Source: Polyangiaceae bacterium
Lineage (GTDB): Bacteria; Myxococcota_A; Polyangia; Polyangiales; Polyangiaceae
Assembly (NCBI GenBank): GCA_050287085.1
Contig: JBNKBE010000003.1
Span: 1 to 64,000, forward strand
Reading direction: 5' to 3'
DNA: 64,000 nucleotides
Below the pieces are notes generated by a model. It saw only the letters and a list, made by a program, of their open reading frames with translations, made no database searches and had not been told where the DNA came from. Made by a program: the position numbers and the translations under genes. Positions 57,524 through 64,000 of the stretch are shown here, in pieces; the first letter of the stretch is position 1; each line of letters begins with the position of its first letter.

Positions 57524-58188
57524 ACAACGAAGCGATCGCGAGTCTCAGCGCAACGTCCGGTGTCCGCGGGGTTGCCATCTTCGACGACAACGGTGGATGC
57601 CTAGCCAACGAGCTTCCGCCCCCCTATGAGCCCAACTTCGTACGGGACGCGTTAGATCATCTTTCCAGAGCGTTTGATGTCTTTGCTTCCCTCGATGAAA
57701 GCGACGCGGCAGGTTTCTCCATGAACTGCGACGAAGGCTGTCTGGTGCTACGGCGCAGCGGTCCTCACACCGTGATTGCCCTCACGGAGCCTGACATCAA
57801 CATGAACATGCTGAGCGTAGCGCTCAACGTAGCCACGATGAATCTCAATCGAAGCATGTCTCATCCAAGCACGCCTGAGTCCACGCGCGCGTTCAGCTCA
57901 CAACTAAGCCACGGCAGTCAGCTACTTTCACCCTTGCCTGATGATGCCGTTGGACTTCCCCCGGACGCGCTCGATCGCGCGATCGTGCAACAGCTATTGA
58001 CACTCTACCGCGACTATCTCGGTCCAGCAGCGAAGATGGTCCTAAAACAGCAGCTAGATGAGTTGGGGGTCACCTCCCGCACCCTTCGGTACAGCCAATT
58101 CGGCGACCTCCTGGTGCGCCTATCCAGAAAAATCCCAACCGAGGACCGCCAGCAGACCTTCTTGCATTCCGCACAGAAGCTCCTCTAG
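57520..58188 (+). CDS. Roadblock/LC7 (MglB-like) domain protein with C-terminal helical domain
   Basis: GVRGVAIFD.NG motif; C-terminal YLGPAAKMV..Q; ATGA overlap with the upstream gene. Confidence 0.65.
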   Translation: MNNEAIASLSATSGVRGVAIFDDNGGCLANELPPPYEPNFVRDALDHLSRAFDVFASLDESDAAGFSMNCDEGCLVLRRSGPHTVIALTEPDINMNMLSVALNVATMNLNRSMSHPSTPESTRAFSSQLSHGSQLLSPLPDDAVGLPPDALDRAIVQQLLTLYRDYLGPAAKMVLKQQLDELGVTSRTLRYSQFGDLLVRLSRKIPTEDRQQTFLHSAQKLL

Positions 58189-58213
58189 TACCCCCCTCTC
58201 GCCGTTCGACAAC

Positions 58214-59977
58214 ATGTTGCCGCAACCGCAGAATCCCCCGATACGCGAACTCGCGTCCACGGGAACGATCCTTCGCGGTCGCTCCCTTGGAGCGCTCGGT
58301 CCTGGCACGCACCTCGGCGCCTATGTCATCGAACGACACTTGGGCCAGGGCGCCGAGGGCAACGTCTTCTTGGCGCGAGACAGTGTCCTCGGTCGTCGTG
58401 TGGCTCTCAAGACATTGCGAGCGGGGACTGCAGGGGCCACGCGTGGCGTCGAAGAGGCTCGGATGATGGCCAGTCTCGAACACCCCAACATCGTTCGAGT
58501 TTACCACGTCGAACGACACCAACTGGTTTGGTTCGTCGCGCTTGAGTACGTGCCCGGGGGCAGCCTACATTCATATATCCGTAGGGTCGGCCCCCTTCCC
58601 ATCTCCGAAGCAGTAACGCTATGCGCTCAAGCCGCTGATGCCTTAGCCCTGGCGCATCAGCTTGGCCTGACCCATCGCGACGTGAAGCCGCACAATCTGC
58701 TGCTCACAGACGAAGGTTCGTTGAAGCTTTCCGACTTTGGTCTCGCGCGAGTAGACGGTACGCGAGGTGGCCATCAGGGCCCTATCGGAACGCCCGCGTT
58801 CTTGGCGCCCGAGTGCTGGAATAATGAACCAGCTACGCACGCGGTCGACGTCTACGCTCTCGGCGCGTGCCTCTACTACATGCTTGCAGGGCGCACTCCC
58901 TTTCCTTTCCGAGACATGGACCAGCTGTGCCATGCACATCAGCGGCTGAATCCAAAGCTGCCTACGTCTCTTCCGACCGCCGTCCAAGAGCTCATCCTGC
59001 GCATGATGGCCAAGCTCCCGGAAGAACGTCCTCAATGCGATATCACACTCGTCGATGAGCTCCGACGCCTGGCCCGGGATCCCCTAGGAGCCTGCTTAGC
59101 CACGGCTAGCCCTGAACCTAGGAGTAGTCCGCTGGTCACAGATGATCAGCAGAACTTGCTCGACTCCGTAATGCTCTACGGCCCAGAACGCGAAGCCGTG
59201 GGGGCGCTGATAACCGCACTCCAGGCAAACCATCCCGTGTGCATCACCGCCCCTCGCCTGGCTGAAGCCGTCTCACTCTTGCATGCCGCGCTTCGTCAGC
59301 TGGCACCGGCCATACGGACCTGCGCTATCGTGACCCTCAACGAGAGCACTGGGTCTCTCCGGCAAGCTATCGTCGGTCAAGCCTGCCCCGAGGCACCGCA
59401 AGTGCTGGGACGTGCGCTGGCGCGGATCGGGGAATCGAGTCGCCATCAGGCCCTGCTCGAGATTCGCACCGAACGTCCCTTGAACGCCGCACAAACTTCG
59501 GAACTCAACGCAGTGCTCCGAGAAAGCCGGGCGCAAGGTACAGCCTTGGTACTGCTCGCCGGAAACGCCATACAAGCGCCTTCCGTTAATGACAGCGATG
59601 ACATCTACGTGCTGGCGCTGCCGCCACCCGACTTTGAGACCTTTGCCCTGCGCGTCCAGGCTTGGTTTGCCTTCGCCACCGAAGGTCGATTGCGCTGCAC
59701 GAGAGACGCGCTCGTCTTGTTGCATCACATCGAACGGCAGGGGGGGCTGCCGTGGTTCACGGTATGTCGTGCTAGCGCCCTGATCGCAGCGGCCGCCAAG
59801 CTGCGACTGGTTACCACCTGGGCAGTTGACGCGGCCCATGCTCTCCAGGGGCCTCTGCGCAATCTCGCAGATGTGCCTGCTAGGTACTTTCGACCACCCA
59901 AACGGTGGCCCGATGAGACGATGTCCGCCCGCCTTGAGGAGCTTCGCACAAGTGTAGCCCAAGCGGGGTGCGACTAG
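58214..59977 (+). CDS. Ser/Thr protein kinase with degenerate ATPase-like C-terminal domain
   Basis: GQGAEG, VALK, HRDVKPHN, DFG and GTPAFLAPE motifs; no TM segment. Confidence 0.88.
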   Translation: MLPQPQNPPIRELASTGTILRGRSLGALGPGTHLGAYVIERHLGQGAEGNVFLARDSVLGRRVALKTLRAGTAGATRGVEEARMMASLEHPNIVRVYHVERHQLVWFVALEYVPGGSLHSYIRRVGPLPISEAVTLCAQAADALALAHQLGLTHRDVKPHNLLLTDEGSLKLSDFGLARVDGTRGGHQGPIGTPAFLAPECWNNEPATHAVDVYALGACLYYMLAGRTPFPFRDMDQLCHAHQRLNPKLPTSLPTAVQELILRMMAKLPEERPQCDITLVDELRRLARDPLGACLATASPEPRSSPLVTDDQQNLLDSVMLYGPEREAVGALITALQANHPVCITAPRLAEAVSLLHAALRQLAPAIRTCAIVTLNESTGSLRQAIVGQACPEAPQVLGRALARIGESSRHQALLEIRTERPLNAAQTSELNAVLRESRAQGTALVLLAGNAIQAPSVNDSDDIYVLALPPPDFETFALRVQAWFAFATEGRLRCTRDALVLLHHIERQGGLPWFTVCRASALIAAAAKLRLVTTWAVDAAHALQGPLRNLADVPARYFRPPKRWPDETMSARLEELRTSVAQAGCD

Positions 59978-60028
59978 CCGCTCAGGGGAGCGCTGCGATT
60001 TCTGTCTATTGCAGGGAGTAGAGAAGTA

Positions 60029-60835
60029 ATGTTCAGGACCATTCAAAGCCGAATGTTGGCGATCTTCATTGGGTTCCTAGTGCTACTAGCAACCACCGTC
60101 ATCATCAGTCGCATCGTGCTTACAATACAAGCCAACGACAGCCTGATTATCAACCTAGCGGGCCGTCAGCGCATGTTGACACAGAAGATGACGAAGGAGA
60201 GCCTGCAGCTTGCCAACGCCGCGACGCTCCAAGAGTCCGGGGCGGTGGCCACGGCAAAAGACGAACTATCGCAGACGATGCGGGTGTTCGAGGCGACATT
60301 GCTGGCCCTCAAGAACGGTGGCTCCGCGCCTATTAACCTGGAAATGACGCGCATGCGGGAGACACCGGCTGCAGGCGATCAGGACTTGCAGCGACAACTG
60401 GCCAAAGTCGCGAGCCTCTGGGAGCCGTTCAAGGCGCACCTTCAGACCATCATCCAATCTGGCGGAGCTGACCGTGACGCCACAACCGCCGTCGGGAGGG
60501 CCAATCTCGAACTGCTGTATGAGACCAACGCTGCGGTAACCCTGATGCAGCTCTCCTCCGAAAGAAGGGTGGACCTCTTGTTCCTCGTCCAAACCCTGGC
60601 CCTGCTATTGGGCGTTGCTTTGGTCGGCGTCGGCGCGTGGCTTGCACGCGCTAGCATTGCAACACCGATCAGCGAGTTGGCAGAGGCCGCTCGCAAAATG
60701 AGCACAGGGGACTTGTCAGTGGAGTTCAGCCTCGCCGGCACCGATGAGGTCAGAACCCTGAGCGCCTCGTTCGACCGAATGCGGGCGAGCTTGCTCGCCA
60801 CCGTCGGGGCGGGTGGCTCCGATGACGACCTCTAG
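60029..60835 (+). CDS. Membrane sensor: PilJ/NarX-like periplasmic four-helix domain + HAMP, no output domain
   Basis: TM1, INLAGRQRMLTQKM, TM2, HAMP (PISELAEAARKMSTGDL...DEV..L..SFDRM), then stop; RBS GGAG. Confidence 0.82.
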   Translation: MFRTIQSRMLAIFIGFLVLLATTVIISRIVLTIQANDSLIINLAGRQRMLTQKMTKESLQLANAATLQESGAVATAKDELSQTMRVFEATLLALKNGGSAPINLEMTRMRETPAAGDQDLQRQLAKVASLWEPFKAHLQTIIQSGGADRDATTAVGRANLELLYETNAAVTLMQLSSERRVDLLFLVQTLALLLGVALVGVGAWLARASIATPISELAEAARKMSTGDLSVEFSLAGTDEVRTLSASFDRMRASLLATVGAGGSDDDL

Positions 60836-61068
60836 TCCCAGAGTCGCGCAGCGTTGAACACATCCGCACACCTTGCGGCCCGCCTGGATAAACCGCGCCC
60901 CAGCTCGCGGCCCGGCCCTTTTTTGCTCACGACCTTAACGAATCGCGCGTCACCGCCGCTCCCTTCCTCATGGCGCCCCCGAAACAGCGCTGGTAGCCCC
61001 ATTCGCACCCGCGCGCTGCTCCCAGCGGCTCGGAGGGCTGCGCTGGCTCCGCAAGGTTGAGCGAGCAT

Positions 61069-62556
61069 ATGGCCGCAACAAAGGACCCCATCGACAGCAT
61101 TCCGTCCAGTCGCCTCCACGCGGCAAAGCGTTCCTGCTTGCGTGCCGCTGAAAGCCCCGAGCTCGACGACTGCGAGACCTCAAAGGTGCTGCGGCGCTCC
61201 TGGATGCACGGCGTAGCGACAATCCGGAGCGCCAACAACATCGACAACGTGGGCGCCCTGATCAGTCGCACAGCGCAGCCGCTCTGTGCGTCGCTCCATG
61301 CCAACGATCTATACGAAGCCGAGTTACATCTGACCGAGCTCACCTTCGACCTACGCGCTTCGGGTGAACCGCGACTTGCGGTGCTCGCTGTGGGGCGAGC
61401 GCTGCAACGTGCGCTCCAGGGACTTCCCGAACGCTGCGGCGATCTGCGAAGACTGGACTCAGCGCCGCTCTATGGGCGGGCCGTCGCCGCCGCCTACGAG
61501 CCCACTGCGTCGACGCCGGTCTTGGAAAGCACGGCGCGTGCGATCCGGCCGAGGGCACCCGCTCAGCGCGGGAACAGCGATGCCCTAGCCCGACTGCTGG
61601 TCGGTTCAAGTCCTGCCATGGTGCGCCTTCGTTCCGAAGTCGCGGCGATTGCTCGCACATCGGGAAACGTCTACATCATCGGTGAAAGCGGCACCGGCAA
61701 AGAACTGATCGCTCAGGCATTGCACCAGCTCGGCGCACCCGCGGGAAGTCCGTTGCAGTGCATCAACTGTGCAGCCCTGCCGCGGGAGCTGATCGAAAGC
61801 GAACTCTTTGGCCATACCGCGGGAGCCTTCACAGGCGGACAGCGTGCGTCCCAAGGGCTGATGCGCGCCGCGGGAAACGGAACGCTCTTTCTGGACGAAT
61901 TGGTCGATATGCCGCTGGAGCTACAGCCCAAGCTGCTGCGTGCGTTGGAGCAGCGTCGCGTCCGACCGGTTGGTGGCTTGACGGAGCTGCCGATTCAGGC
62001 GCGTGTCGTAGCGGCCAGCAATCGCGACCCGCACGCTGCGCAGCAGGCAGGCTCGCTGCGTTCCGACCTATTCTTCCGGCTCTGTGTCCATCGCGTCGAT
62101 GTGCCTCCGCTGAGAGCGCGACGCGACGACATTCCGCTGCTGCTCGACTACTTCGCGCGGCGGCTCAACCAGGAAGGACGCGCCACCCCGCGGCGGATCG
62201 CCCCGGAGGCGATGGAGTTGTTGTACAACTACTCCTGGCCCGGCAACGTTCGAGAACTTCGCAATGTCGTCGAACACTTCTCCGCTTTCGCAGATGACGA
62301 CACCGTCCACGTCGAAGACGTCCCGTCCTACCTGCAAGAAGGCCATGCCCCGTCCAAAGCGACGCCAGTCCGAGGTGGCACAGGGCCCATGCCCGAAGCG
62401 TCGAAGCTCGAGTCCCTCGACAGTGTCATCGCTCAACACTTGCGCCGCGCGCTTCAGGTAACCGGTGGTAATAAAACACGAGCGGCAAAACTGCTCGGCG
62501 TATCTAGACATCAGCTCTATATTCGACTGCAGCAGCTGCAACTTGTCGATGACTAG
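61069..62556 (+). CDS. Sigma54-dependent transcriptional activator (bEBP) with Fis-type HTH
   Basis: GESGTGKE, ESELFGH..GAFTG, LFLDE, RSDLFFRL, WPGNVREL and GNKTRAAKLLG; unrecognised N-terminal domain. Confidence 0.92.
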   Translation: MAATKDPIDSIPSSRLHAAKRSCLRAAESPELDDCETSKVLRRSWMHGVATIRSANNIDNVGALISRTAQPLCASLHANDLYEAELHLTELTFDLRASGEPRLAVLAVGRALQRALQGLPERCGDLRRLDSAPLYGRAVAAAYEPTASTPVLESTARAIRPRAPAQRGNSDALARLLVGSSPAMVRLRSEVAAIARTSGNVYIIGESGTGKELIAQALHQLGAPAGSPLQCINCAALPRELIESELFGHTAGAFTGGQRASQGLMRAAGNGTLFLDELVDMPLELQPKLLRALEQRRVRPVGGLTELPIQARVVAASNRDPHAAQQAGSLRSDLFFRLCVHRVDVPPLRARRDDIPLLLDYFARRLNQEGRATPRRIAPEAMELLYNYSWPGNVRELRNVVEHFSAFADDDTVHVEDVPSYLQEGHAPSKATPVRGGTGPMPEASKLESLDSVIAQHLRRALQVTGGNKTRAAKLLGVSRHQLYIRLQQLQLVDD

Positions 62557-62565
62557 ATGCTCGGA

Positions 62566-63200
62566 CTATTCTTCCGTAGCCCTCCGCAACGCTTCCACAT
62601 CTAGCAGCCTGACCTGTCTCGCCAGCCCGCCCTCGTGCTGTATCCGTCCTCGTGCGACGAGACGCCTGAAGCCTCGACTCAACGTCTCGCCAGTCAGGTT
62701 GAGATGACTGTCCAGGTGACGCTTGACTACGTGGAGTTCCAACACGGGCCCCTGGGCGCTCAGCTTCTGCCAGCAGAAAGCGAGCGAGGCGCCCGTCAGC
62801 GGTCCGAAGGGACATCCTGAAGCAAGACGACCCAATGATGAAGCCAGTCGGCCATCGAAGCCATGACCCGTAGGCCAAGTCGCGGACGAGTTTCCAGCAC
62901 CCTTAAGAGTTCAGCCGAAAGCAGTAAAACCCGCGCATCCACCGTCGCCTCACAGCTCGCAAGGGTGGCAAAGCCCCCAAGCGCCGCCGCTTCGACAAAA
63001 ACGTCTGGCACGGCTCCACCCAAGGTATTACCTGCACCTTGCCGCTAGCCCCCACAGCGAAGACCCGTTCCTGACCTTCCGCCACGATGAACATGCCGGG
63101 CGGTGTCTGACCGGCATGCACCAACACTTCACGCGCCCGGTAGGTCAGCGCGTGCGCGATGACGGCCAAGGCCTCAAACTCCCCTAAGGCACGCGCCCCC
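62566..63200 (-). pseudogene. Crp/Fnr-family transcriptional regulator, frameshifted
   Basis: cNMP-domain text (LVHAGQTPPGMFIVAEG...QTF / VEAAALGG...), C-helix (LRTADGRLARFLL) and HTH (HLNLTGETLSR) lie in four successive ORF pieces with three frame changes; no in-frame ATG. Confidence 0.8.
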
Positions 63201-63257
63201 TGCCGAAGGCCTCCCGCCCCGGCCGGTTGCCACCGCCTAGGGCGTCATGCTCCGCTT

Positions 63258-64000
63258 CTACCAGTGAAACGCGGAGAGAAGCGCGTCGACGAGTCGCCGC
63301 TGTGTGTCTTCAAAATGCGCGACCCAGCGAGCCCCGGCGCGAACGGCTCCTGCGTCGAGCTGGAGTTCAACCTCAATGGACTCAGGATGGTCGGCAACGG
63401 GCGCGCCGATGGCCGAGACCTCAGCCTTCAGGGTTGTCTGTTGACTTTCGCGCTCCTCTGAGCCCCAGTCCGACAACAGGCTGAGCTGAACCGGCATACC
63501 CACTCGGAGATAACGCGCTTCGGATTCCGGAACATACGCTACACCTCGCGGCGGCCCGCTTTCCGAGCTGATCCATATCAGTTCGGTCCCCGGCTCGATC
63601 GCAGCGCCGATCCCCAATAGAATGGCCTGGACTGTTCCTGGCTCACTTGCCTTCACTGTCGTCTGCTGTGCCCATGCTCGAAGTCCGTCCAGCGCAGCGT
63701 CAGCTTGAAGGCGCTCATGGCGAACGTTCAAGCGGGCCTCTTGCATCTGCCGCTTTCGATCGGCGATTTGGAGCGCCACTTCGGCGCTATCCGCGCGCAC
63801 CTGGAGCAGGCCTTCCTGCGCCGCCTCGACGGCTCGCTGAGCGTCGCCTACGTCGCGCTCCTGACCTTGGCCAGAAGCCAACTCTCCGCGCCGTTTCGCC
63901 AGCACTGTTTGCCAACGCTCCAGCTGCTCAGACTTGAGTTTGCCCCGTGCCCAAATGGCCGCCTGCTTGTTTTGCAAAGCCTTCAACCCGGCTTCGTGCA
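63258..64000 (-). CDS. HlyD-like membrane fusion protein (5' part lies beyond the window)
   Basis: Coiled coil followed by lipoyl-like TVKASEPGTV...G..IEPG and VAYVPE.EA..LRVGMPV. Confidence 0.65.
   Translation of the reverse strand, partial: HEAGLKALQNKQAAIWARGKLKSEQLERWQTVLAKRRGELASGQGQERDVGDAQRAVEAAQEGLLQVRADSAEVALQIADRKRQMQEARLNVRHERLQADAALDGLRAWAQQTTVKASEPGTVQAILLGIGAAIEPGTELIWISSESGPPRGVAYVPESEARYLRVGMPVQLSLLSDWGSEERESQQTTLKAEVSAIGAPVADHPESIEVELQLDAGAVRAGARWVAHFEDTQRRLVDALLSAFHW

Noticed and set aside
59273..60046. 257-aa antisense ORF
   Set aside because: Antisense to the kinase C-terminus with no recognisable motifs.
62990..63005. Programmed frameshift or phase variation in the Crp/Fnr gene
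   Set aside because: Multiple independent lesions and a lost start point to decay, not a single slippery switch.

Overview
GC-rich window (roughly mid-60s % by eye) with gene content typical of a myxobacterium, probably Polyangiaceae/Sorangiineae: many Cys-rich lipoproteins with Gly/Ala/Asp linkers, Ser/Thr kinases and a TPR-PEGA protein. Main blocks: (1) two lipoprotein genes behind an ECF-like promoter. (2) A lipoprotein dikinase-like gene, divergent from an operon of ECF sigma, anti-sigma, exported caspase, ExbB, ExbD, TonB, TonB-dependent receptor and a lipoprotein. (3) A lipoprotein / TPR-PEGA / kinase operon, an M1 aminopeptidase and tRNA-Ala(CGC). (4) An ~18-kb thioesterase-less hybrid NRPS-PKS cluster: A-PCP-KS-AT-ACP-aminotransferase convergent with C-A-PCP-C*-A*-PCP, plus a pair of atypical alpha/beta hydrolases, a third hydrolase, a JmjC-like cupin and a methyltransferase. 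(5) An aldo/keto reductase flanked by two minisatellites, a diheme lipoprotein and a GH67 alpha-glucuronidase. (6) A signalling cluster: a Ser/Thr kinase-AAA-GAF-HPt-CheA-like fusion, a PatA-like regulator, a roadblock protein, a kinase, an output-less PilJ/NarX-HAMP sensor and a sigma54 activator, followed by a frameshifted Crp/Fnr pseudogene and a partial HlyD-like gene. All calls come from motif recognition by eye; no database searches were run.
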